In this document: piece after piece, positions 9,039 to 18,055 of the stretch
How positions within the stretch are numbered: position 1 is the stretch's first letter
Layout: the number at the start of each line of letters is the position of its first letter
Assembly: GCA_028867075.1 (NCBI GenBank)
Contig: JAGWGZ010000003.1
Coordinates: 1-43,710, forward strand
From: Nanobdellota archaeon
Lineage (GTDB): Archaea > Nanobdellota > Nanobdellia > Pacearchaeales > GW2011-AR1
DNA length: 43,710 nucleotides
Reading direction: 5' to 3'
Notes under the pieces: generated by a model
What the model saw: only the letters and a program-made list of their open reading frames with translations
The model's database searches: none
What the model was told of the DNA's origin: nothing
Position numbers and translations under genes: made by a program

Positions 9039-9257
9039 TTAACTAAGATAGTAAACATCTGATGCGAATTTCTTTCCGCATTTCTTACACTCCCATATCC
9101 CCCGCGAAGTTCTCTTTATCCCGAGTTTCCCGCAGAAAGGGCATTTTTGCTTTACTCTCTGTTTTGATTCTACTGCTGAAAGCTTGTTTCTTACACGCTT
9201 TCCATATCTTGCTCCGAATCTCCCTGCTGCACGAGCTTTTTTTGTCTTTGTTCCCAT
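9039..9257 (-). CDS. rpl37ae: 50S ribosomal protein L37ae (eL43)
   Basis: GRFGARYG; CPFC...GIWECKKC. Confidence 0.96.
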   Translation of the reverse strand: MGTKTKKARAAGRFGARYGKRVRNKLSAVESKQRVKQKCPFCGKLGIKRTSRGIWECKKCGKKFASDVYYLS

Positions 9258-9299
9258 TTTATTAATAGCATAAATTTGGTTTTTAAAACTTCTTATAAA

Positions 9300-9372
9300 T
9301 GGGGATACCCGGATTTGAACCGGGGTCGAGAGGTCCCAAACCTCTAAGGCTACCAGGCTACCCCATATCCCC
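9300..9372 (-). tRNA. tRNA-Pro(UGG)
   Basis: GGGGATA/TATCCCC acceptor, AGAGG-TT-TGG-GA-CCTCT anticodon arm, GGTTCAAATCC T arm; CCA not encoded. Confidence 0.96.
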
Positions 9373-9411
9373 CAAACTTTCCTTCAAAAGATAAAAGAAA
9401 TTTAAAAGCCT

Positions 9412-10110
9412 TTACTTTTTAGCGGGTTTTGCTGCAGGTTTTGCAGGTGCTGCAGGAGCGGTTGAAGATGGTGCTGCAGTAGGTGTGGCAGCTCCCGGAG
9501 TAGCTGTTGCCGCCTGTGCTGCTGCAGCTGCTGCCTGAGCAGCTTCTTCCTGTTTCTTGAGTTTTTCCTGTGCAGATTTCAACTCTGTAAAGAATGCGTC
9601 AAGTTTTGCCTTTTTTTCAAGAGGAGTCTCTGTTATCTCATGGGAAATCTCTTTGTCATACTTTCCCTGATCAATCTCCACCTGAACTTCATTTGGGAAT
9701 TTGCTTTCAACTAAAATTCCAAGACTGACGCAGGTTCCGACAATTTCTTTTACAGCTGCTTTCATATTTTTTGCAAGAAGGCTCGGGTATTTCGCTTTTG
9801 CAATTGAGATTATCTGCTCTATTGAAAGATTTCCTACCTTATTTTTTGATGGGGCGCCGGAGCCCTTCTCAACTCCAACTTCCTTCTTCAGTAATCCTGA
9901 AGCCGGAGGCGAAGAAACATGAACAATAATATTTTTCGTCGGAATGTCTATTTCAACTTCAACAGGGACTTTCATTCCTGAGAATTTTTTTGTTGATTCA
10001 TTGACCTTTGTTATAACCTGATTGACATTTATTCCGGTAGGGCCGAGCTTCTGGCTCAAAGCAGGTCCGGGCTTCATTGCCCCGCCCTCAACTAAAAGTT
10101 TAATCTGCAT
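9412..10110 (-). CDS. rpl11: 50S ribosomal protein uL11 with long Ala/Pro-rich C-terminal extension
   Basis: LVEGG...PGP.L...LGP.G; KEIVGTCVSLG. Confidence 0.95.
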   Translation of the reverse strand: MQIKLLVEGGAMKPGPALSQKLGPTGINVNQVITKVNESTKKFSGMKVPVEVEIDIPTKNIIVHVSSPPASGLLKKEVGVEKGSGAPSKNKVGNLSIEQIISIAKAKYPSLLAKNMKAAVKEIVGTCVSLGILVESKFPNEVQVEIDQGKYDKEISHEITETPLEKKAKLDAFFTELKSAQEKLKKQEEAAQAAAAAAQAATATPGAATPTAAPSSTAPAAPAKPAAKPAKK

Positions 10111-10573
10111 TTTCTTCCTCCTGTTCGTCTCTGCTTATTGCCCGCACATTGTCAATTTTAATCGTAACCGGTAATTGCACAAGTGCGCCAAGCAGGCTCA
10201 CAACAACATCTCCTTTTTGCTCATCAACTCTTAAAACTTTCGCTTTTTCTTTTTTGAAAGGCTCTGAAATTATCTCAACAATGTCTCCTTCTTTTATTGA
10301 AACCGGCGCTGTTGAGGTTTCAACCATGTTCTTTATTTCTTCATAAGCGAGAGTCTTTCCGATTATTCCCTTAACATAAGGCAGGTTGAAGACGGCCTCT
10401 TCTGCAGATTCCCTGTCCTCTGCTTCAAGGAGGATATATCCTCTCAAACCATGCGGCCTTATAACCGAATGCACATTAAGATTTTTCTTTTCTATTCTGT
10501 CAGTTATCAAATCAACTGCGCTTTCTTCCTTGTTTGTTGTTACTTTTATTACGAATATCATCTTTAGCTCCAT
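10100..10573 (-). CDS. spt5: Transcription elongation factor Spt5 (NusG)
   Basis: NGN domain (LRGYILLEA) plus KOW (GDIVEIISEPFK). Confidence 0.95.
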   Translation of the reverse strand: MELKMIFVIKVTTNKEESAVDLITDRIEKKNLNVHSVIRPHGLRGYILLEAEDRESAEEAVFNLPYVKGIIGKTLAYEEIKNMVETSTAPVSIKEGDIVEIISEPFKKEKAKVLRVDEQKGDVVVSLLGALVQLPVTIKIDNVRAISRDEQEEENAD

Positions 10574-10635
10574 CTAGGCTCTAATGATCCCAGAAAGAGA
10601 TAATATTATTTAAAATTTGGGTTTATAAATCTTTA

Positions 10636-12630
10636 TTAATTATTTGGATAATATCTCGGTGAACTAGAGTATGTATAATCCATGGTATGGACAGCAGTCA
10701 CTTCGGAACCATCCTTATTCATTACATAGAGTTTCGGCCATCCATCCCCCCTATAAGAAATGAAGGCTACCCTTTTTCCATCTGGAGAGAAGCTTGGGTC
10801 AAAATCAACTGCGGAATTGTTAGTAAGATTAACTGGATTAGAGCCATCTGAGCTCATCATATAAACTTCGGGGTTCCCGCCTCTTCTTGAAACAAATAAT
10901 ATTTCCTTCCCGTCTGGAGAAAATGAAGGCGAGGAATCATAAGAACTTGTTCCCGGGATCTTTTGCCTGAGAGAGCTTCCCTCGGTAATATAGAGACCAT
11001 CATAAGAAGAAAAGATAATTTTCTTTCCATCAGATGACCAGCGTGGGCTATTAACCAGATTGTATGCATTAGTCACTTCTGTCTGGTTTGATCCATCGGA
11101 GTTCATTATGTAAAGTTTATAGAGATAATTTTTATCCCGGTTTGTCACAAAAGCTATTTTTGTTCCATCGGGGGATAGGTCAGAGTCAAAATCATCTGCT
11201 GGATCCGAAGTCAACTGAGTAACCTGAGTTCCATCGGAGTTCATTATGTAAATATCTAAATTCCCATTCTGTTTTGAAGTGTAGGATATCTTTTTTCCGT
11301 CTGAAGATAAAGAGGGATTAAACTCTCCAAAGAATTGGCTGAAATTAGATACTTTTGTTAGACTTGAACTGTCTGAGCTTACAGAATATATCTGAGGATA
11401 ATCCGGACTGGAAGGCGGTATAGAAGGATAACTCATAACAAACAAAATTTTTTCCAAAATTTCAGGAGGCGTTGGAGGGGTTGGTTTTTCCCAAGACGCT
11501 AATTGCATTTCTGTTCCGGGGATATTTGTTGAATAATCTGCAAATTTGAGCCCGAATATCTTTCCTTCCACCCCCAACAGAAACTCCAAACCCCCAAGAA
11601 GTTTTCCAGAATCCTGATTCGAATCCAGTTTTAAATATGCATTGATTCCCGCATACGGCCCTGCAACATTATAAAAACGAAAATGGATCATTGGACCCAG
11701 AGCGGCTTTTACAGAGTTAATGCTGGAAATAGTCGGAGGATTATAACTAAAACTATTTGTAAATTTCTGTATAGGGGACCATTTTCCAGAATCGTAGGAC
11801 AGGCCGATTCCCAAAGAAGCGCTTTGCGTTACATTTGCCCCGGCGCTGACAGAGATATTTCCACCGATACTTCCAGTAGGTGTTACGGCAGGCGTTACTA
11901 TAATCGGCAACGGAGGCGTTGTCGGAAAATATCCTAATCTAACTGATGGTAATTTATATTCTTTGAAATCTTTTTTAATATTTATATCTGGTTTTTCAAG
12001 ATTAGACGTTAATTGAAGGGAAACAGAATCATTGCTTGTGCTCTTAAAGATAAATTTATCCAGGACAGACTCCCCTATGTCAAAACTCAAATAAAGATTA
12101 GAATCAAGAGAGACATTTCCATTTAATAAAAGCGCATTATTTATGTCTTCATCCCCATTTAAGCTATAAAGAATGAAGTTGTCTATGGGTTGATTAAAAT
12201 TAAAGAGGTTCAGAATCAATCTCGGCATGTTTGAGAGACGAAAAGTTATTGACCTGCTCGTCTCAAAGGACACATTTTTTACAGCCTCCTCAAGTGTTGC
12301 GGGGACCGTGTGAACCATACCCCCTGATACGTATGACACTTTTCTGAATAATCCATCCGGGGTCTGCGGAGTTATATCTGCGACGACTATCTCATTGATG
12401 TAATATGACGATGCGTTAGAAACTGTTATTGAGTTGTCTGAAACAGAGGATATTGAAGAAGTTTCATCTGTACTTAGAACATGAGTGTTCTCTGACAGGT
12501 TATTTTGTTCTGTTGTGACCGGTTTCGGCGGGTTTATCGGGGGAGGGCATCCGAGCAAATTCAGAGCAAGCAATCCGGCTGCAGCTGTTCTTGTTATCGT
12601 CTTCCAGATAGGGCGCTTCTTAGAAGCCAT
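10636..12630 (-). CDS. Predicted lipoprotein with C-terminal TolB-like (PD40) beta-propeller
   Basis: Lipobox-like LLGC after the signal peptide; five to six P.(W/F)SPDG..I.F.S repeats. Confidence 0.85.
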   Translation of the reverse strand: MASKKRPIWKTITRTAAAGLLALNLLGCPPPINPPKPVTTEQNNLSENTHVLSTDETSSISSVSDNSITVSNASSYYINEIVVADITPQTPDGLFRKVSYVSGGMVHTVPATLEEAVKNVSFETSRSITFRLSNMPRLILNLFNFNQPIDNFILYSLNGDEDINNALLLNGNVSLDSNLYLSFDIGESVLDKFIFKSTSNDSVSLQLTSNLEKPDINIKKDFKEYKLPSVRLGYFPTTPPLPIIVTPAVTPTGSIGGNISVSAGANVTQSASLGIGLSYDSGKWSPIQKFTNSFSYNPPTISSINSVKAALGPMIHFRFYNVAGPYAGINAYLKLDSNQDSGKLLGGLEFLLGVEGKIFGLKFADYSTNIPGTEMQLASWEKPTPPTPPEILEKILFVMSYPSIPPSSPDYPQIYSVSSDSSSLTKVSNFSQFFGEFNPSLSSDGKKISYTSKQNGNLDIYIMNSDGTQVTQLTSDPADDFDSDLSPDGTKIAFVTNRDKNYLYKLYIMNSDGSNQTEVTNAYNLVNSPRWSSDGKKIIFSSYDGLYITEGSSLRQKIPGTSSYDSSPSFSPDGKEILFVSRRGGNPEVYMMSSDGSNPVNLTNNSAVDFDPSFSPDGKRVAFISYRGDGWPKLYVMNKDGSEVTAVHTMDYTYSSSPRYYPNN
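11092..11252. repeat. 23-nt exact direct repeat TCCATCGGAGTTCATTATGTAAA (11092-11114 and 11230-11252) in adjacent propeller blades
   Basis: Read directly; both copies encode YIMNSDG. Confidence 0.8.
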
Positions 12631-12637
12631 ATTAGTT

Positions 12638-12820
12638 TCAGATTGCAGTTACAATCAGGGAAATGATAAATCCGACAAGTCCAAGAATTATAATACTAAT
12701 CGCGGAAATTTTTGAAGTCGCCTTGAATTCATCCTTTGTCGGCTTCCTCAAAACCTGCCAGACCCTTTTGCATTTCAGATAAAATGATTTCGCATTAACT
12801 GGGAATTCTTTAAGAGACAT
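12638..12820 (-). CDS. secE: Protein translocase subunit SecE (Sec61 gamma)
   Basis: RVWQVLRKPTKDEF + TM with G..GF.I; after ftsZ. Confidence 0.93.
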   Translation of the reverse strand: MSLKEFPVNAKSFYLKCKRVWQVLRKPTKDEFKATSKISAISIIILGLVGFIISLIVTAI

Positions 12821-12850
12821 AACAGAATGATGAATTGAAAGTTTTTAAAA

Positions 12851-13930
12851 TTATTCAATGAACTCAATTCCGAGCTCCTCTTCTATCTCTCTGTGGCGCG
12901 ATTGTTCTCCGGCTTCTTCTTTTCCGACAATTTGATAGCTTCTTACACCGGTTATTATAAGAAGAACCCTGACTGCTTTATCCATGTCGTCAGAAATCTG
13001 CGCACCCCAGATTAATTTTGCATCAGGGCTCAGTTTTTGCCCTACTAAGGAGATTATGTTCTTGCATTCATCAAGGCTCATATTCGGGCCGCCGACGATG
13101 TTCACCAACGCCCCGGTTGCGTTTGAAACATCAACGTCAAGAAGCGGGTTGTTAAGTGCTCTTTCAACAGCTTCTATCGAGCGCTGTCCCGTCATGTCTG
13201 ATTCGCCCATACCTATAAGCGAGACTCCGCCATCAACCATGACTGCTTTTATATCTGCAAAATCAAGATTAACCAACCCTGTTGTTGTTACAAGTTCTGT
13301 TACACCTTTGACTGCATTTGTAAGGATCTCATCTGCAATCTTGAATGCTGTATGAAGCGGCAAATCAGGGGCAAGTTCAAGAAGCTTGTCATTTGGAATT
13401 ATGATAAGGGTATCAACAACTTCCTGCATCCTTTCCAGACCGTCCATCGCATTTTCTATTCTCTTTTTTCCCTCAATTGTAAATGGTAAAGTCACAACCC
13501 CGATTGTAAGAGCTCCCTGTTTTTTTGCAAGAGATGCGATAACCGGCGCGGCACCTGTTCCTGTTCCGCCGCCGAGACCACAGGTTATGAAGACCATGTC
13601 GCTATTGCCGAGCTTTTTCTTTATTTCTGATTCTGATTCTTTTGCAGATTCTTCCCCGATTCGCGGATTGCTTCCTGCTCCGAGCCCATGAGTTAATTCC
13701 TTGCCTATCAAAATCTTCTGGTCTGCATCCGTATAGAGCAAGTCCTGCGCGTCTGTATTGACTGCAATCAACTCACCGCCTTTTATTCCAATCTCTTTCA
13801 TCCTGTTAAGAGAATTATTTCCGCCGCCGCCTACACCGACCACCTTTATTTTGGCAGTTTGCTCTTTAATCAGCTCTTCAAGCTCCCTGTCTATATCTTT
13901 TACCTTAGAAGAACCATATACCTCTTCCAT
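12851..13930 (-). CDS. ftsZ: Cell division protein FtsZ (FtsZ1 type)
   Basis: GVGGGGNN, GGGTGTG, NLDFAD. Confidence 0.98.
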   Translation of the reverse strand: MEEVYGSSKVKDIDRELEELIKEQTAKIKVVGVGGGGNNSLNRMKEIGIKGGELIAVNTDAQDLLYTDADQKILIGKELTHGLGAGSNPRIGEESAKESESEIKKKLGNSDMVFITCGLGGGTGTGAAPVIASLAKKQGALTIGVVTLPFTIEGKKRIENAMDGLERMQEVVDTLIIIPNDKLLELAPDLPLHTAFKIADEILTNAVKGVTELVTTTGLVNLDFADIKAVMVDGGVSLIGMGESDMTGQRSIEAVERALNNPLLDVDVSNATGALVNIVGGPNMSLDECKNIISLVGQKLSPDAKLIWGAQISDDMDKAVRVLLIITGVRSYQIVGKEEAGEQSRHREIEEELGIEFIE

Positions 13931-13969
13931 AATCAGGATAATTTAGCCCTATTTATAAGAATTATTGTT

Positions 13970-14650
13970 CTAATCATTCACTTTACCGGCATTCTCTTCA
14001 CTTTTTGCGGATTCCATTTCTCTTGCTTCCAGTTCCAAATCAAGAATATCCTTAAACTTGTCCTTGAATAAATTCACAAACCCCATCATTTGTTTCTCAA
14101 CTTCTATAATTACGGCCTTATCTCGTGTTTCAAACTTCAAATCTCTCTGAAATAAGAATCTTATGAGCGCCTTGATTTTCTCATTTAAATCATCAATCTT
14201 TCTAATGAGCTTTACAGTGTACACTACTTCCTTTCCTGAAACAGGATTATTAAAATCAACGATAACTCTTCCCCCTGATGAAGCCAGAACTTTTCCGATT
14301 CTTCCATCAAAATTGAATATGAATCCGGGCACAGGGTTTAAGCTCTGTTCCCTAAATAATTTTACAGGGATCCTTTGAATAAGATCGGGGTTTCTCTTGC
14401 CAAATGCATTTTCAGGAGAAAGGGGAATCTCGTAAGTTGCCTGTGCATCTGGCTTGCCAATCAGGAAATTGTCTATCGCGGGAAGGAACATTCCTTCTCC
14501 TAGGCAGAACACAAAAGGCTCCGCGCTAATCTCATGATCATGCCCATGGTGTAGCTTTTCAAGATCTTCCTTTATGTTTGAATCAAAGATTTCTCCGCCC
14601 TTAACTCGTGCAGTGTATTCTATCTCAATAAAATCCTTCTTCTGAAGCAT
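13970..14650 (-). CDS. slyD: FKBP-type peptidyl-prolyl isomerase (long archaeal SlyD-like)
   Basis: IEYTAR..G.IFDS, PENAFGKR, GGRVIVDFNNP.SGK. Confidence 0.9.
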   Translation of the reverse strand: MLQKKDFIEIEYTARVKGGEIFDSNIKEDLEKLHHGHDHEISAEPFVFCLGEGMFLPAIDNFLIGKPDAQATYEIPLSPENAFGKRNPDLIQRIPVKLFREQSLNPVPGFIFNFDGRIGKVLASSGGRVIVDFNNPVSGKEVVYTVKLIRKIDDLNEKIKALIRFLFQRDLKFETRDKAVIIEVEKQMMGFVNLFKDKFKDILDLELEAREMESAKSEENAGKVND

Positions 14651-14741
14651 TTCAGAAGATAATAAGAGGCATTTTTAAGGTTTTGGTAAAATCGTGCGAG
14701 TTTATCGGAATCTTTATAAACAAATTTAATTTTTTGGTTTC

Positions 14742-15128
14742 ATGGTTTTGAAAATAATAAATGCAACAGAGGCGAAAGTCGGAACGAACATTATTCTTGA
14801 TGGGGAGCCTTATACTGTTAAAAGCATTGATATAAGCAAGACCGGAAAACACGGTGCACATAAATGCAGAATAGAAGCTGTCGGGATGATAAATGAAAAG
14901 AAAAAAGTAATTGTTGTTCCGGGCACTGACCGCTTTGAAGTCCCGCTTGTTGATAAGAGGAAGGGCCAGGTCCTTTCAATTGGAAACAGAATCGGCATCA
15001 TGGACTTGGACAATTTTGAAACAATCGAACTGGACTGCCCTGAAGAGATAAAATCACAGCTTGAAGTGAACTCAAATATTGAATATTGGGATATTGAGGG
15101 GGAAAAAATAATCAAGCGAAAGATATAA
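14742..15128 (+). CDS. eif5a: Translation factor aIF5A
   Basis: SKTGKHG hypusination loop; TATA at 14713-14720. Confidence 0.95.
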   Translation: MVLKIINATEAKVGTNIILDGEPYTVKSIDISKTGKHGAHKCRIEAVGMINEKKKVIVVPGTDRFEVPLVDKRKGQVLSIGNRIGIMDLDNFETIELDCPEEIKSQLEVNSNIEYWDIEGEKIIKRKI

Positions 15129-15252
15129 CCATCTCCTCGTTTATTAAACAGTTTTGCGGTTATCACGGCGAGCAGAAATTATTAAGGCTCACCCGTTAAC
15201 ATCATGCAACATTAACAAGTTTTAAAAATCATCTTCATTTGTTTTAATCAAC

Positions 15253-15414
15253 ATGGCGAAAATAGCTGAAGCGATGAACAGGCAATTCAAGAATGTTTTT
15301 GTATGCAAAAACTGCAAGACTAAGATAAGAGCCGATCCTCAGAAAATTCTTAAGGGTGAGGTCAAATGCAGGAAATGCAAAAAAAGAGCATTCAGGCCCC
15401 TTAAGAGGAAATAG
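15253..15414 (+). CDS. rpl40e: 50S ribosomal protein L40e (eL40), 53 aa; not in the ORF track
   Basis: Manual translation MAKIAEAMNRQFKNVFVCKNCKTKIRADPQKILKGEVKCRKCKKRAFRPLKRK. Confidence 0.85.
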   Translation: MAKIAEAMNRQFKNVFVCKNCKTKIRADPQKILKGEVKCRKCKKRAFRPLKRK

Positions 15415-16872
15415 ATGAGTTTCCTAGCCTATGACCTGACGTTTCTCAGTGTATTTATCGTACTGGTTGTTACTTTTATCTACCTCAAGAAAAAAAATCT
15501 AAAACGCGAGGGAATCCTGCTTCTGTACAAGACAAAATGGGGAATTGACCTGATACATCGCACAGGAAGCAAATACAAAAGAACAATTAGGGTTCTCAGT
15601 TACATTTCTGTATTCATCGGGTATCTTCTAGCGATAGGCGCTGTCTATTTAGTGGGAAGAATTGTATGGCTTTATGTATTTCAGCCGGCATTTGTAAGGG
15701 CTGTCGGAATTCCGCCAATCACCCCGCTATTTCCATACATAGACAAATTAGCTCCGAGCTTGCATCTGCCCCCGTTTTACTTCACTTATTGGGTAATAAT
15801 CATCGCAGTGATTGCTATCTTTCATGAATTTGCGCACGGGATTTTCGCAGCGCGAAACAAGGTAAAAATAAAGAGTACGGGTTTCGGATTCTTTCCATTC
15901 TTTCTTCCGATATTTCTGGCGGCATTTGTTGAATTGGATGAAAAGAGAATGGCCAGGAAGAAGATATTTGACCAGCTCGCGGTGCTTTCCGCAGGAACCT
16001 TTGCCAATCTAATAACTGCAATCTTGTCCTTCGGAATATTGCTTGGATTCTTTGCACTGGCATTTGCTCCGGGAGGGGTTATATTCAATCCATCTGACAT
16101 TACATCACCATCAGCGTCTTCATTCTATCCATTTACCGTCATAAATGTCTCCTCTGTAACAATGGTGGGAAATAACTCGGTTATAAATCCATCATATCAG
16201 CAGATTCTCAGTCTCATGAATAATTCGGGACTGAATGAGGTTATGGCAGGTAATGAAGATTATCTCATAACAAAATCCTCAATTGAGGCGCAGAATAACA
16301 CTGAAAAAATTGCTGTTTATTATGATGCCCCTGCAATAAGGGCAGGACTTGCCGGAATAATTCTGGACATCAATGGACAAAAAATTAATGATGCGGGTCA
16401 ATTGAGCACCGAGCTCCATAAATATTCTCCAGGAGACAGTATTGTTTTAACAATGATGAACAATAGCCGGGTTTACAATCAGACAATCATCCTTGCTGAA
16501 AATCCGGGCAACAAAGGCCATGCATGGCTTGGAATAGTTCTAATCGAAAAAGAAAATAATGGAATAATGAACCAACTTTACAATGTGGTGTCTTCTTTCA
16601 GAGATAGCAATGTATATTACGCCTCAAAGATAGGTGATTTTGGAATTTTCATTTACAACCTGCTTTGGTGGCTTGCGATAATTGCGATTAGCGTGGCCCT
16701 CGTAAACATGCTTCCTGTCGGAATCTTTGATGGGGGGAGATTCTTTTATCTTACCGTGCTGGCAATAACCAAAAGGGAAAATATCGCAAAGAATGCTTTC
16801 AAGGTCATGACCTATTTCTTCCTCTTTGTTCTGGTTGTTGTTATGGCCTTCTGGATTTTTTATATAAAATAA
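15415..16872 (+). CDS. Site-2 protease (M50) with PDZ-like insert
   Basis: HEFAH, AAFVE.DE, NMLP.GIFDGG; PA..AGL and L.INGQ.I PDZ motifs. Confidence 0.93.
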   Translation: MSFLAYDLTFLSVFIVLVVTFIYLKKKNLKREGILLLYKTKWGIDLIHRTGSKYKRTIRVLSYISVFIGYLLAIGAVYLVGRIVWLYVFQPAFVRAVGIPPITPLFPYIDKLAPSLHLPPFYFTYWVIIIAVIAIFHEFAHGIFAARNKVKIKSTGFGFFPFFLPIFLAAFVELDEKRMARKKIFDQLAVLSAGTFANLITAILSFGILLGFFALAFAPGGVIFNPSDITSPSASSFYPFTVINVSSVTMVGNNSVINPSYQQILSLMNNSGLNEVMAGNEDYLITKSSIEAQNNTEKIAVYYDAPAIRAGLAGIILDINGQKINDAGQLSTELHKYSPGDSIVLTMMNNSRVYNQTIILAENPGNKGHAWLGIVLIEKENNGIMNQLYNVVSSFRDSNVYYASKIGDFGIFIYNLLWWLAIIAISVALVNMLPVGIFDGGRFFYLTVLAITKRENIAKNAFKVMTYFFLFVLVVVMAFWIFYIK

Positions 16873-17223
16873 TCACAAGTCAATAACGCCTTCTTTTGTA
16901 AGAGCTGCGAATCTTATTCCTGCAGGCAGGTTAATCAGTGCAGAGATAAGAGCCATATGTTCTTTTCCGTTTCCGGATGCTATTGAAAGTGCGACCTCTG
17001 TCCCCTGAATCTTTCCTTTCAGTTTTTTCATGAATTCGTCTTTCAAATCAGAAATCTTCTTATCAAGATTGACGTTCACAAACTCAAACTCTTTTTCAGA
17101 ACTGAATTTTCTGGCAAAATCTCCACCCAGAACTATAATCTTTTCCCAGTCTCCATACTTTATCAACCCAGACACTTGAGCCCATGTTCCTTCGCCTGAT
17201 GATAAGAGAGCAATCAGTTCCAT
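16873..17223 (-). CDS. Small hypothetical alpha/beta protein with CARF-like topology
   Basis: Alternating strands and helices; VALSIASGNGKEHMAL resembles the CARF strand-4 motif; own TATA at about 17243-17251. The ORF is solid, the fold is inference. Confidence 0.6.
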   Translation of the reverse strand: MELIALLSSGEGTWAQVSGLIKYGDWEKIIVLGGDFARKFSSEKEFEFVNVNLDKKISDLKDEFMKKLKGKIQGTEVALSIASGNGKEHMALISALINLPAGIRFAALTKEGVIDL

Positions 17224-17350
17224 TGCCGTAAAAAATACGGGTGATTTATAAGAATTATTGTGGTAAACACGGGGGGAAGCAGATCATATACGAACTAAGA
17301 TAAGAAAGTCCAAAGCGAATAATTTATAAACAAGAAGTTTCTGGAAATTT

Positions 17351-17416
17351 CAGCCGATTGAACCATATCGCAGTGAAATAAGTTCTATGTTCATTGCGCG
17401 TAATTTGGGAGGCTAT
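17351..17416 (+). promoter_or_regulatory. Candidate uL1-binding autoregulatory mRNA leader overlapping the rpl1 SD
   Basis: AGCC/GGCT and CCA/TGG helices around an asymmetric loop GATTGAA/GA; inner hairpin 17369-17398; TATA at 17322-17330. Confidence 0.65.
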
Positions 17417-17422
17417 AATCAA

Positions 17423-18055
17423 ATGGCAGAGTTTGGAAATGAGATAAAGAAAGCCCTCATTGAGTTAAGGAAAGAGGGAGAAAGAAAGTTCAACCAGACA
17501 GTTGATTTAATTGTAAATCTGCAGAAATTTGACCCGAAAAGAGATGCTCTCAATATATTCATACAGGTTCCCCACAAGATAAGAGACAAAAAGATTTGTG
17601 CATTTCTCACCACAAAACATGCGGAACTGGACACAATAACTGAAGCTGATTTCAGAAGATATTCTGATAAGAAAGAGCTGAAAAAACTTGAAGGGAAATA
17701 TGATTTTTTTATATCACAGGCAACGCTAATGCCGAAAGTTGCGACTGTCTTCGGAAGAGTGCTTGGACCATCGGGGAAGATGCCCTCCCCTCAATTAGGA
17801 ATTGTGCAAAGCGCCGAGGACAAGTCTATTGATGAGCTTAGAGAAAAAATAAACCACAGCATAAGAATAAGGGCGAAAGAAGCAAGCATAAAGCTCGGCA
17901 TAGGGAAGCAAAAAATGAAGGATGAAGAACTTATTGAGAATATAGAATCTGTTTATCACGCTCTTCTCAAGGCGCTCCCGAAAGGAAGTGAGAACATAAA
18001 GAATGTAGGACTGAAGTTCACTATGACTAAACCACAAAGGGTATCATTAAAATGA
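17423..18055 (+). CDS. rpl1: 50S ribosomal protein uL1
   Basis: RKFNQTVDLIVNL, GRVLGPSGKMPSP, KFTM; ATG 17423 downstream of GGAGG. Confidence 0.96.
   Translation: MAEFGNEIKKALIELRKEGERKFNQTVDLIVNLQKFDPKRDALNIFIQVPHKIRDKKICAFLTTKHAELDTITEADFRRYSDKKELKKLEGKYDFFISQATLMPKVATVFGRVLGPSGKMPSPQLGIVQSAEDKSIDELREKINHSIRIRAKEASIKLGIGKQKMKDEELIENIESVYHALLKALPKGSENIKNVGLKFTMTKPQRVSLK

Noticed and set aside
9373-9410. Nanoarchaeum-style leaderless tRNAs compensating for RNase P loss
   Set aside because: TATA-to-tRNA distances differ among the three tRNAs (roughly 22-29 nt), so there is no strict spacing
15129-15215. Possible small RNA between aIF5A and rpl40e
   Set aside because: Only weak pairing; no convincing C/D boxes or separate promoter
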